A DNA stretch of 64,000 bases. Origin: Gemmatimonadota bacterium. GTDB taxonomy: Bacteria; Gemmatimonadota; Gemmatimonadetes; Longimicrobiales; Gaopeijiaceae. The DNA lies in the NCBI GenBank assembly GCA_034521595.1, contig JAXHMG010000003.1, positions 192,001 to 256,000 of the forward strand, given 5' to 3'. Below the pieces are notes generated by a model. It did no database searches, was not told where the DNA came from, and was given only the letters and a program-made list of their open reading frames with translations. Of this stretch, positions 10,390 through 20,046 are shown in pieces (within the stretch, counting starts at the first letter, position 1; each line of letters starts with the position of its first letter). A program made the translations under genes and the position numbers.

Positions 10390-11367
10390 ATGAACCCGCC
10401 GCGCAAGCTGAGTCGTCGTGCTTTCTTGACCCGGAGCACCATGGGAGCGGCCGGCCTCGGTCTGGCCGGCGTCGGTCTGGACGTGGGGTTCGGCGGACGG
10501 GAATTGGAATCGGCTCTACCCCGCGCGCGAGGGCAGTTCCCCGTCGTCGCCTCCGAGCCGTGGGGACGCATCCTCCGAATCGCGGACCGGGTCTGGGCGC
10601 TCGAATCCGACCCTCTGACCGATCGCACGACGCTTTGCAATGGCGGCATCGTGGCGGGGAGAGCCGGGGTCGTCATGATCGAAGCCTTCGGCTCGGACGA
10701 AGGCGCTCGGTGGATGGCGCGGCAAGCGGAACGGCTGGCCGGCCGGCCGCCCACGCACGTGGTGCTCACGCATCACCACGCGGACCACACGTCGGGCCTT
10801 CGGGGAGCGACCGAGACGCGCGGGCTCGAAATCCTCGCCACCGCCGCGACTCTGGAACGAGTCGCCGAGGCCTCTGGCACCCCGGAAGCGGCACCGGAAG
10901 CGGATGTCACCGTCATCGGGGACGGTCGTCCCACGGAGCTCGACCTCGGGGACCGCTCTCTCCTGCTCGTTCCGCGGCGGGGGCATACCGCTTCGGACCT
11001 CACCGTCGAAGTCTTCGATGCTCCGGTCGTCTTCGCGGGGGACCTCGTTTGGAACGGCATGTTCCCGAACTACGTCGACGCGAGTCCGGGACGCCTTTCC
11101 CGGACCGTTCGCGTCCTCAGGGCGCGTGGCGCGGAGATCTACGTGACCGGGCACGGTGCCCTCGCGGACGGCGAGGCTCTCGATCGCTACATCGACCTCC
11201 TCGACCATGTGGAAGGGGCGGCACGCACCGCGGCCGCCGAAGGATGGTCGGCGGCGGAGGCCGCCGCGCGCTACCGGCTCCCCGCCGAGATGGAAGACTG
11301 GACGTTGTTCGACCCCGGATACGTCCAACGTGCCCTCGGCGCGTGGCTCCGCGAGTTGGAGGGATGA
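10390..11367 (+). CDS. Tat-exported MBL-fold metallo-hydrolase
   Basis: SRRAFL twin-arginine signal; THHHADH, GHT, AGDL, GHG motifs. Confidence 0.9.
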   Translation: MNPPRKLSRRAFLTRSTMGAAGLGLAGVGLDVGFGGRELESALPRARGQFPVVASEPWGRILRIADRVWALESDPLTDRTTLCNGGIVAGRAGVVMIEAFGSDEGARWMARQAERLAGRPPTHVVLTHHHADHTSGLRGATETRGLEILATAATLERVAEASGTPEAAPEADVTVIGDGRPTELDLGDRSLLLVPRRGHTASDLTVEVFDAPVVFAGDLVWNGMFPNYVDASPGRLSRTVRVLRARGAEIYVTGHGALADGEALDRYIDLLDHVEGAARTAAAEGWSAAEAAARYRLPAEMEDWTLFDPGYVQRALGAWLRELEG

Positions 11368-11408
11368 CAATTGTGTAGTATCGTCTAGCGCATACGACAA
11401 AATTGTAA
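11365..11408. promoter_or_regulatory. Paired 14-bp palindromic sites upstream of the NifA-like gene
   Basis: TGACAATTGTGTAG (11365-11378) and CGACAAAATTGTAA (11395-11408), starts 30 bp apart; same arrangement as before glnK. Confidence 0.7.
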
Positions 11409-11451
11409 CCCCCGTGCTCGGGGGCGCCCTTCATCGGACGGACGCCATTCC

Positions 11452-13002
11452 GTGGACCGACGCGACGTACGCAAGCTCTCCACTCTGCTCGAGGTCAGCC
11501 AGACGCTCGGCTCGACGCCCGACCTCCGCACGGCGCTCGTGCGCGTGCTCGAGATCCTCGAGGAGCGACACGGAACGGTCGCGGGCGCGGTCACCCTCTT
11601 CGATCGTGACTCGGGGCGGCTGGCGATCGAGGCCGCGACGGGCATCACCTGGCAGGTGCGGCGGCGGGCGTCGTACAAGCTCGGCGAGGGCGTGACCGGA
11701 CGCGTCGTGCAAAGCGGCAAGCCGGTGGTCGTGCCCCGGGTGAGTCACGAGCCGCTCTTCCTCGACCGCACCGGGGTTTGGAAGGAAGGCGGTCACGACG
11801 AGCTGAGCTTCGTGTGCGTGCCCGTCTCCGTGGACGGACGAACGGAGGGGAGCCTCGGCGTCACCGTTCCGTACGATGGGAATCGCTCGTTCGATCGCGA
11901 GACCGAGTTTCTCGGGGTGGTCGCCTCGATGGTCGGGCAGTCGGTGCGGGTTCATCGGCTCGTCGAGACGGAGCGCGAGCGACTCCTGGAGGAGAACAGC
12001 CAGCTTCGCCAGGAGCTCAAAGAGCGCTACGAGTTCCGGAACATCATCGGCAACAGCCGTGAGATGCGGGAGGTGTACGAAGAGGTGGCGCAGGTGGCGG
12101 GGAGCCCGACCACCGTCATGATCCGCGGAGAGTCCGGGACCGGAAAGGAGATGGTCGCTCACGCCATCCACTACAACTCTCCTCGTGCCGAGCGCCCTTT
12201 CGTGAAGGTGAGCTGCGGGGCGCTCCCCGAGAGCCTGATCGAGTCGGAGCTCTTCGGATACGAGCCCGGGGCCTTCACCGATGCCCGCGCCCAGAAGAAG
12301 GGCCGCTTCGAGCTGGCGGACGGGGGGACGCTCTTTCTCGACGAGGTGGGCGAGCTGTCGCAGTCCACCCAGGTGAAGCTCCTGCGGGTGCTCCAGGAGC
12401 AGGAGTTCGAGCGGTTGGGCGGCGTAGAGTCCATCGCGGTGGACGTGCGCGTGATCGCCGCGACCAACAGAGACCTCGAGGGCGCGATGCGCGAGGGCGA
12501 GTTCCGTGAGGATCTGTATTACCGCCTCAACGTGTTCAGCATCTTCATGCCGTCGCTCCGGGACCGGAAACCGGACATTCTCCTGCTCGCGGATCACTTC
12601 GTCGACAAGTACGCGACCAAGCTGGGTAAGCCCGTCCGCCGGATCTCCACGCCGGCCATCGACATGCTGATGAGCCACCACTGGCCGGGGAACGTGCGGG
12701 AGCTCGAGAACTGTATCGAACGGGCGGTGCTGGTCTGCAACGGTGGGGTGATCCACGGTCACGACCTTCCGGCGACGCTTCAGACCGCACAGGTGTCGGG
12801 GACGCTCCCGGGTGCCTCGCTCGAGGACGCGGTGGGAAACTACGAGATGAACCTCATCGCGGATGCGCTCAAGACCGCGCGCGGCAACCAGGCCGAGGCC
12901 GCGAGGCTTCTCGATACGACCCCACGCGTGATCGGGTACAAGGCGAAGAAGCACGGTATCGATCCCGATCGCTACCGGGCCCCGGGGCGCGTCGACGGCT
13001 GA
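11452..13002 (+). CDS. NifA-like sigma54 enhancer-binding protein (GAF-AAA+-HTH)
   Basis: N-terminal GAF ([24 protein letters not shown]), [31 protein letters not shown], Fis-type HTH; no receiver domain. Confidence 0.93.
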   Translation: MDRRDVRKLSTLLEVSQTLGSTPDLRTALVRVLEILEERHGTVAGAVTLFDRDSGRLAIEAATGITWQVRRRASYKLGEGVTGRVVQSGKPVVVPRVSHEPLFLDRTGVWKEGGHDELSFVCVPVSVDGRTEGSLGVTVPYDGNRSFDRETEFLGVVASMVGQSVRVHRLVETERERLLEENSQLRQELKERYEFRNIIGNSREMREVYEEVAQVAGSPTTVMIRGESGTGKEMVAHAIHYNSPRAERPFVKVSCGALPESLIESELFGYEPGAFTDARAQKKGRFELADGGTLFLDEVGELSQSTQVKLLRVLQEQEFERLGGVESIAVDVRVIAATNRDLEGAMREGEFREDLYYRLNVFSIFMPSLRDRKPDILLLADHFVDKYATKLGKPVRRISTPAIDMLMSHHWPGNVRELENCIERAVLVCNGGVIHGHDLPATLQTAQVSGTLPGASLEDAVGNYEMNLIADALKTARGNQAEAARLLDTTPRVIGYKAKKHGIDPDRYRAPGRVDG

Positions 13003-13066
13003 TCCGCCGGGCTGCCTCGTGTACGCCCGGGCCCATTCGCTTCTTCGTCTCCCCTTGTCCCCCATG

Positions 13067-13110
13067 CAACGAAATTGTCGTTGTATAGGGCTAGGCCTAC
13101 AAAATTGTAG
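13067..13110. promoter_or_regulatory. Putative upstream activator sites for the glnK operon
   Basis: CAACGAAATTGTCG (13067-13080) and CTACAAAATTGTAG (13097-13110), starts 30 bp apart, ~100-140 bp above the sigma54 promoter. Confidence 0.75.
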
Positions 13111-13147
13111 CTCTTTTTTGGCGCGTGGGTTTCGGCATCTGATCTTG

Positions 13148-13160
13148 TAAGTTCTTGCAG
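13148..13160 (-). promoter_or_regulatory. Possible IHF site
   Basis: Reverse strand ctgCAAgaacTTA is a partial match to WATCAAnnnnTTR and lies between enhancer and promoter. Confidence 0.35.
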
Positions 13161-13178
13161 CCATTGAGGTTGTGGTGA

Positions 13179-13634
<456 letters not shown>

Positions 13635-13689
13635 CGCCCGCCCCGCTCCCGTCCCAAGTCCCTTCCCACTCCACACGGTGATCCGAGTG

Positions 13690-15060
13690 ATGAAGCATCA
13701 CATAGATACGGCGTTCTCGCGCATCCTCCTCCCGGGCCTGGCTCTGCTCCTCGCGTCACTGGCCGCTCCCGCCGCGTTGGCGGCTCAGTCGGAGCCTTCG
13801 GTCGATTCCGTAGCGGCCGCGACAGAGCTCGTACAGCGCCACGCGGATTTTCTCTGGACGCTCCTCGCGGCCATTCTCGTGTTCCTCATGCAGGCCGGCT
13901 TTTCCTTGATCGAGGCCGGCATGACTCGGGCGAAGAACGCCGTCAACATATGCATGAAGAACCTCATGGACCTTTCCCTGGGGTCGTTGGCGTTCTGGCT
14001 CGTCGGCTTCGGGATCATGTTCGGACCGAGCGGCGGCTGGTTCGGCACCAGCGGGTTCATGCTCTCCGACTACGCGGCGGACCAGGATCCGTGGCTCTAC
14101 GTCTTCTGGATCTTCCAGACGGTATTCGCGGCGACCGCGGCGACCATCGTGTCCGGAGCGATGGCCGAGCGAACCAAGTTCTCGGCCTACATCATGTACA
14201 GCGTCTTCCTCACGGCCCTGGTCTATCCCGTGTTCGGAAGCTGGGCGTGGGGGAGCCTGCACAAAGGTGACGGTTGGCTCGAAGGGCTGGGCTTCATCGA
14301 CTTCGCCGGCTCCACGGTGGTTCACAGCGTAGGAGGATGGGGCGCGCTGGCGGGCGCCCTGGTCATCGGGCCTCGGCTCGGCCGGTTCACCGCCGACGGC
14401 AAGCCGCGCGCGATGCCCGGGCACAACCTGATCTTCGCTACCCTCGGCATGTTCATCCTCTGGTTCGGTTGGTTCGGGTTCAACGCGGGGAGCACCACTG
14501 CGGCGACCTCCGACATCGCCCTGATCGCGGTGAACACGAACCTTTCGGCCGCGGCGGGCGCGGTCGCTGCGATGCTCACGTCCTGGACCTTCCTCAGGAA
14601 GCCCGACGCGACCATGACGATCAACGGAGCGCTCGCGGGTCTCGTGGGCATCACGGCGGGGTGCGCGAACGTCGTGCCCGGGTCGTCCATTCTCATCGGT
14701 CTGATCTCCGGGGTCATCGTCGTCTTTTCCGTGCTCTTCTTCGACCGGCTTCGGATCGACGATCCGGTCGGGGCGATCTCCGTGCACGGGGTGTGCGGCG
14801 CGTGGGGTACGCTCGCCGCCGGCTTGTTCAACGTGGGCGGCGTGACCTGGGCCATAATCGGTACGCAGCTCCTGGGCATCGCGGCCGCCTTCGTGTGGGC
14901 GTTCGGCATGATGTTCGTCTTCTTCAAGGTGGTTCACGCGACGTTCGGCATCCGGGTTTCCCCCGAAGAGGAAATCGCAGGCCTGGACGCCTTCGAACAC
15001 GGCAACGAGGCGTACGGCCCGGACACCTTCAGCTCCGACGCGCACGGGGTAACGGCGTGA
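13690..15060 (+). CDS. amtB: Ammonium transporter
   Basis: FLMQAGF, DFAGSTVVH, WFGWFGFNAGS, IDDPVGAISVHG, EEEIAGLD..EHG. Confidence 0.97.
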   Translation: MKHHIDTAFSRILLPGLALLLASLAAPAALAAQSEPSVDSVAAATELVQRHADFLWTLLAAILVFLMQAGFSLIEAGMTRAKNAVNICMKNLMDLSLGSLAFWLVGFGIMFGPSGGWFGTSGFMLSDYAADQDPWLYVFWIFQTVFAATAATIVSGAMAERTKFSAYIMYSVFLTALVYPVFGSWAWGSLHKGDGWLEGLGFIDFAGSTVVHSVGGWGALAGALVIGPRLGRFTADGKPRAMPGHNLIFATLGMFILWFGWFGFNAGSTTAATSDIALIAVNTNLSAAAGAVAAMLTSWTFLRKPDATMTINGALAGLVGITAGCANVVPGSSILIGLISGVIVVFSVLFFDRLRIDDPVGAISVHGVCGAWGTLAAGLFNVGGVTWAIIGTQLLGIAAAFVWAFGMMFVFFKVVHATFGIRVSPEEEIAGLDAFEHGNEAYGPDTFSSDAHGVTA

Positions 15061-15134
15061 GGAGCCTTCCCATGCTCATCGAGTCCGACGGTCGGCCGAC
15101 TCGGGTTCGCTCCCGTCATACATCCACTTCCAGA

Positions 15135-15785
15135 ATGACCAAATCCATGATGAAGCCTTTGATCGTCGCCGTGTTCCTGCTCTCGCTCTCCCTCCCCTCC
15201 CGGGCGGTGAGTCAGGAGGTCGATATGACGGCCAACGTCGGCTGGGTGAGCGAGTATTTGTACCGGGGCATCCCGCAGAACACCTCCTCCGCCAGCATGG
15301 GCCTCGACCTGGCCGTGGGGCCCGTGTATCTGGGCACGTGGGCGGCTGATGTCGGGGAAGGCGCCGAGGTGGATCTCTACGGGGGCGTGGGCATCGACGT
15401 GCACGGGCTCGCCCTCAGCGCCGGCGGGACGGGTTATCTCTACACCGGAGAGTTCGACGACACGTATGCGGAGGGGAACTTCGGCGCCGCCTATGGGCCC
15501 GTGTCCGTGGATTTCGCGGTGGGACGGTATCTCACCGATCCCGAGACCCTCGACTACACCTTCCTGGTGGTCGGAGGAGAGGTGCGCGGGTGGTACGCGA
15601 ACCTCGGGCGGTTCGACGGGGACTTCGACGGCATGTACGGCGAGCTCGGATACGGCTTCACCGTCAGCGAGATCGACTTCACCGTCGGTTGGGTGTTGAG
15701 CGATGCCGAGCTCGCCTTGCTTCCTTCGGGTAGGTCGAATGCCACACTGGTCCTGGGGCTGTCCCGGGTCTTCACGTTGAGGTGA
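15135..15785 (+). CDS. TorF/Gcw_chp-family putative outer-membrane porin
   Basis: Signal peptide; ANVGWVSEYLYRGIPQ, YLGTWA, EVDLYGG motifs; beta-strand C-terminus. Confidence 0.8.
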   Translation: MTKSMMKPLIVAVFLLSLSLPSRAVSQEVDMTANVGWVSEYLYRGIPQNTSSASMGLDLAVGPVYLGTWAADVGEGAEVDLYGGVGIDVHGLALSAGGTGYLYTGEFDDTYAEGNFGAAYGPVSVDFAVGRYLTDPETLDYTFLVVGGEVRGWYANLGRFDGDFDGMYGELGYGFTVSEIDFTVGWVLSDAELALLPSGRSNATLVLGLSRVFTLR

Positions 15786-15794
15786 GTCGACGCC

Positions 15795-18506
15795 ATGCGC
15801 ATCCACGAGCACCGGCTACAGCGTCACGCGCAGCAGCGACTCGAGAAGGTCCCGGCCGAAACGGCCAAGCGGATCCGGTCGTTTCGCTCGTTTCTCGAGC
15901 TCGAGTCCGAGCACCTGAGGCGACGCCACGAGTTCGGCCTCGGGGGGCGGGAGATCGCTCGTGGGCGGAGCGACTTGGTGGATGTAGTGGTGGGGCGGGC
16001 GTGTCGGGCGGTGGCCGAGGACCTGGGGCCTACCGCCCGAGAAGAGCTGCGCGGCTGTGCGGTGGTGGCGTTGGGGGGGTACGGGAGGGGGGAGTTGTCT
16101 CCGTGCTCGGACGTGGACCTCCTCTTCCTGCACCCCGGCCGGCCTTCGGCGCTCGTCACCGACTTCGTGGAGGCCGTGCTGCCGCTGCTCTGGGACATCG
16201 GGCTGGAAGTGGGGCACAGCGTTCGCTCGGTTCCGGATTGCGTGCGTTTCGGCCGTACCGATTTGCATGCGCGCAACGCGATGTCGGAGGCTCGCCTGCT
16301 CCTCGGAAGCGAGGCTCTGTTCGATCGGCTTCGGTCCGAGATGCGTGTCAAGGTCTACGGTCAGCCGAAGGCGAACCGGTTCTTCAAGGAGGCCATGGCC
16401 GCGGAAGTCGAGGACCGGCGCGGTCGGTTCGGCTCCGTGGTCGGCATGCAGGAGCCCCATCTCAAGGAAGGAGCCGGCGGACTCAGGGACCTGCACCTGG
16501 TAGGTTGGGTCGGACTCGCCCGTTGGGGCTTCGGGCATCCGGACGAGCTCGTGCGCGCCGGGATCGTGACGGTGGCCGATCACGCCCGTGCCCTGCGGGC
16601 GTACGACTTCATTCTGCGGATCAGGAACGAGGCCCATTTCCAGACGGGGCGGCGCACCGACCTCATCTCCCTGGAGCTGCAGCCCGATCTCGCCAGCGCG
16701 CTCGGATACGCCGATCAGCGGGTGGCTTCGGCTTCGGAGATCTTCATGCGGGATTTTTACCTGCGGGCTCGCGAGCTCCTGCGCTTCTGTGACGCCTTTC
16801 TGGTCCAAGCGGATTTCTGGACTCCGGACGAGGGCGTTCTGTCGCTTCGGAACCGGCCGGCCGCTCGTGCCGTGGGGCCACACGGCCGGTACCGGCTGCG
16901 GGACGGGCGCCTCTTCGCGGCAGGCGAGGGTGCTGCTCGCCAGGACGATCCGATGCGCCTCTTCGAGGTCTGGGAGGTCGCCCAGAAGCACGGGGCGCGC
17001 GTGAGCGAGGAGTTGCTTCAGGAAGCACACGCCAACCTCGACGTGGTGGATCGTCGGGTCCGTCAGTCGCCCGAAGCGTCGGCCGCCTTCCTGCGCATGC
17101 TGGGGCGGGTCGGCCGGGTCGCGCTCGCCTTGCGGCCGATGCACGAGGCCGGATTGCTCGCGAAGTACCTGCCCGAGTTCCGGCGGGTGACACTGATGGT
17201 GCAGCACGACCACTACCATCGCTATACCATCGACGAGCACACGCTCAAGGCGGTGGAAGCGCTCGATGCTCTCGCGGATCCGGCCTCCCGTCCCGAGGCC
17301 CTCGCGGACCTGGGCGACGCATTGGAGGCGGTGGCCGACGTGCGCCGTCTGGCGCTGGGGATCCTTCTGCACGACATCGGCAAGGGCCAGGGCGGAGATC
17401 ACGTGACGAAGGGGGCTCACATCGCGAAGCGTGTGTGCCGGCGCCTGGGGTTGGACGAAAATACCACGTCCGACGTGGTGTTTCTCGTGGAGAACCATCT
17501 CGTCATGTCACGGATCTCTCAGCGTCGCGACCTGACGGATCAAGCCGTGGTCCGGGGCTTCGCCGAGACGGTGGGAAGCCTGGATCGGCTGCGGATGCTG
17601 TACGTGCTCACCTATGCCGACATTCGGGCGGTCGGGCCCGAGACGTGGAACGACTGGAAGGCGGCCTTGCTTCGCGAGCTCTTCGAGCGGACCGAGCCGC
17701 TCCTCGACGGGGGACGCACCCGTCCGGGGGAGCGTGACGTGGATGTCGCGGAACGTGTGCTCGAGCACCTTCCCGGAGAGCTCCGGAAGAGTGATGTCGA
17801 CGCCTTCCTGGACCGCTTGCCGTCACGGTACGGACGGTTGGTGCCTCCGGCTCTCATCGCGCGCCATGTCGAGATGACGCGCCAACTCGAGGACCGTCCG
17901 GTCTTGGTCGATTGGCGAGCTTCCGAGCGCGGCCCTTATACCGTGGTCACCACCTGCTTCAGGGACGCGCGGGGCAGGCTCGGTCGATTGGCGGGCGCCC
18001 TCACCGGCGCGGGCCTCGACATTCTGAGCGTCGACGTGTTCACGCGCGACGACGGTTTGGCTCTCGACGTGTTCAGGGTGAGCGAGGCCATGGGACCTCG
18101 GCAGGTTCAGCCGGTTCCCGAGCCTCGATGGCACGAGATCACCGCCCAGCTCGAAGCCGTGCTCGCCGGAAAAGCGGATCCGAGTGAAGCGGTCGAGCGT
18201 CAGCGGACGCGCCAGATGCGTCGGAGGGCCCGCCGGCCGCCTGCTTCGCCCCTCGTGCGGTTCGTGCCGCCCGACCGCTCGAACCGGACCGTCCTGGAGG
18301 TCCGGGCGGACGACGAGCCGGGCGTAGTCTATCGGATCGCGAAGACGTTGGCCGGGCTCGATCTCGACATCAAGCTGGCCAAGATCGCGACCGAGAAGAA
18401 CCAGGCGCTCGACATCTTCTACGTCACCGAGGAGGACGGATCCCCGCTCGGGGCGGATCGCCGGTCCGAGGTGGAGTCCGCTCTGCTCGAAGCGCTGGGG
18501 ATTTAG
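15795..18506 (+). CDS. glnD: [Protein-PII] uridylyltransferase/uridylyl-removing enzyme
   Basis: ALGGYGRGEL.P.SDVDLL nucleotidyltransferase motif, EPHLKEGAGGLRD, HRYTIDEH, LLHDIGKG, two C-terminal ACT domains. Confidence 0.97.
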   Translation: MRIHEHRLQRHAQQRLEKVPAETAKRIRSFRSFLELESEHLRRRHEFGLGGREIARGRSDLVDVVVGRACRAVAEDLGPTAREELRGCAVVALGGYGRGELSPCSDVDLLFLHPGRPSALVTDFVEAVLPLLWDIGLEVGHSVRSVPDCVRFGRTDLHARNAMSEARLLLGSEALFDRLRSEMRVKVYGQPKANRFFKEAMAAEVEDRRGRFGSVVGMQEPHLKEGAGGLRDLHLVGWVGLARWGFGHPDELVRAGIVTVADHARALRAYDFILRIRNEAHFQTGRRTDLISLELQPDLASALGYADQRVASASEIFMRDFYLRARELLRFCDAFLVQADFWTPDEGVLSLRNRPAARAVGPHGRYRLRDGRLFAAGEGAARQDDPMRLFEVWEVAQKHGARVSEELLQEAHANLDVVDRRVRQSPEASAAFLRMLGRVGRVALALRPMHEAGLLAKYLPEFRRVTLMVQHDHYHRYTIDEHTLKAVEALDALADPASRPEALADLGDALEAVADVRRLALGILLHDIGKGQGGDHVTKGAHIAKRVCRRLGLDENTTSDVVFLVENHLVMSRISQRRDLTDQAVVRGFAETVGSLDRLRMLYVLTYADIRAVGPETWNDWKAALLRELFERTEPLLDGGRTRPGERDVDVAERVLEHLPGELRKSDVDAFLDRLPSRYGRLVPPALIARHVEMTRQLEDRPVLVDWRASERGPYTVVTTCFRDARGRLGRLAGALTGAGLDILSVDVFTRDDGLALDVFRVSEAMGPRQVQPVPEPRWHEITAQLEAVLAGKADPSEAVERQRTRQMRRRARRPPASPLVRFVPPDRSNRTVLEVRADDEPGVVYRIAKTLAGLDLDIKLAKIATEKNQALDIFYVTEEDGSPLGADRRSEVESALLEALGI

Positions 18507-18591
18507 TAGCCTCGCGTCCGGCGGGGGGCTCGGCGCTCCGAGCGCCTCGGTCGCTCGGTCGTGGCGAGCACGGCGTGTGAGCCACGGGCTA

Positions 18592-19248
18592 TCAGGGGTA
18601 GAGGCGGACGGTGCGCCACTCCGCCCCCACGCGCTCGAAGACGATTCGGTCGTGGAGACGGTCGTCCCGGCCTTGCCAGAACTCGATCCGTTGGGGGGTG
18701 AGGCGGTATCCGCCCCAATGCGGCGGCAGGGGGATCTCGGTTTCTTCGAAGCGTCGCCGGACATCCCGGACGCGCTGCTCGAGCTCCGCGCGGGACGCCA
18801 GCGGACGACTTTGATCCGAAGCCCACGCACCGATCTTGCTGCCTTCCGGGCGCGTGCTGAAGTAGCTGTGGCTTTCCTCCTCGGAGACGCGCGCCACCGG
18901 CCCTTCGATGCGTACTTGCCGGTCCTGCTCTTTCCAGTGGAAGCAGAGTGACGCGTGCGGATTCGCGTCCAACTCCGATGCCTTTCGACTCCCGTAATTC
19001 GTGAAGAAGGTGAAGCCCTGGTCGTCCATTCCCTTGAGGAGCACCATGCGGACGGAGGGGCGGCCTTCGGGCGTCGCCGTCGCGAGCGCCGTGGCTTCGG
19101 GAAGCTCCACGCCATCATCGCGCGCGGCATCGAACCAGCGCTCGAAGAGATCCAGGGGATCCTGCTCGTCATCCAGTTCCAGTTGGTGCGGTGCTCGCCC
19201 GGGCCCCGTGAGCGGCTCCCCTCCGGATGGGGCAACCCTTTCCGACAT
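18592..19248 (-). CDS. pdxH: Pyridoxamine 5'-phosphate oxidase
   Basis: PSVRMVLLK, FFTNYGSRK, RQVRIEG, EFWQGR..RLHDR. Confidence 0.96.
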   Translation of the reverse strand: MSERVAPSGGEPLTGPGRAPHQLELDDEQDPLDLFERWFDAARDDGVELPEATALATATPEGRPSVRMVLLKGMDDQGFTFFTNYGSRKASELDANPHASLCFHWKEQDRQVRIEGPVARVSEEESHSYFSTRPEGSKIGAWASDQSRPLASRAELEQRVRDVRRRFEETEIPLPPHWGGYRLTPQRIEFWQGRDDRLHDRIVFERVGAEWRTVRLYP

Positions 19249-19456
19249 AACGAAATCTCCAGCTCGTGCCGCGGTCGTATCGGTGAGTGCCGGCGGAGGC
19301 TACGTGCTGCGCCGTCGCCACCCGTGGCTCGGCCAATGACTTCCGCCGGGTCTCTGCCATGAACTGCCAACACAACCCCTTCGTGCCCGGGGAGGTCCCG
19401 CGCGCCCGGCGGCGACTTTGTCGATCGCCGGCTTTCCGGTACCTTTCATGACGGAA

Positions 19457-19474
19457 GCCCCCCCCGGGGGGGAT
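19457..19474. promoter_or_regulatory. CsoR-type operator (C-tract/G-tract palindrome)
   Basis: gCCCCCCCCGGGGGGGat about 25 bp upstream of the csoR start. Confidence 0.7.
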
Positions 19475-19496
19475 GGGTTAATAGCAGGAGTGGCTG

Positions 19497-19775
19497 ATGG
19501 CACATGAGGAGAACGATGATGTGCTCCGACGGCTGAAGAGCGTCGAGGGCCATGTGCGGGGCGTTCAGCGCATGGTGGAGGAGGACGCGTACTGCATCGA
19601 TGTCGTCAACCAGATCCTCGCGATTCAGCGGGCCCTGAAGCAGGTGAGCGCTCGCGTGCTCGACGAGCACCTTCATTCGTGCGTGACGGAGGCGGTGCGT
19701 GGCCCGGACGTCGCGGATCGTGAGCGGGTGCTCACCGAGCTGTTACAGGTGTTCGAAGCAACCGGCAAGAGTTGA
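19497..19775 (+). CDS. csoR: Copper-sensing repressor
   Basis: RLKSVEGHVRGV..M, YCIDV, EHLHSCV (Cys/His/Cys ligands). Confidence 0.93.
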   Translation: MAHEENDDVLRRLKSVEGHVRGVQRMVEEDAYCIDVVNQILAIQRALKQVSARVLDEHLHSCVTEAVRGPDVADRERVLTELLQVFEATGKS

Positions 19776-19799
19776 ACCAGACGCAACCAGGAGGAGATC

Positions 19800-20024
19800 A
19801 TGTCCGAGGAGACGAAGAAGACGGTGTCCGTTCCGAACATCAGCTGCGGGCACTGTGTGAACACGATCGAGCGCGAGGTCGGTGAAGTCCCTGGCGTGCG
19901 CGGCGTCGAGGCTGACGAGGGCAGCCGGAAGGTCACCATCAGTTGGGATCCGGAGACCACCGATTGGGTGGTCATCGAGGACACCATGAAGGAGATCGCG
20001 TACCCTCCGGCCGACGAGGCATGA
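19800..20024 (+). CDS. copZ: Copper chaperone (HMA domain)
   Basis: ISCGHC motif, 74 aa, AGGAG RBS. Confidence 0.9.
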   Translation: MSEETKKTVSVPNISCGHCVNTIEREVGEVPGVRGVEADEGSRKVTISWDPETTDWVVIEDTMKEIAYPPADEA

Positions 20025-20046
20025 GCCCGGGATCGGGTTGAGATGA

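Noticed and set aside
12268-12285. GAFTDA instead of GAFTGA as a sign of an inactive activator
   Set aside because: The F and T that contact sigma54 are kept, and a sigma54 promoter lies downstream
11452-13002. Calling the activator nifA and inferring nitrogen fixation
   Set aside because: No nif structural genes in the window and the flanking sites are not TGT-N10-ACA; NifA-like architecture only
19458-19472. C8G7 run as a phase-variable tract or assembly error
   Set aside because: Position and symmetry fit a standard CsoR operator
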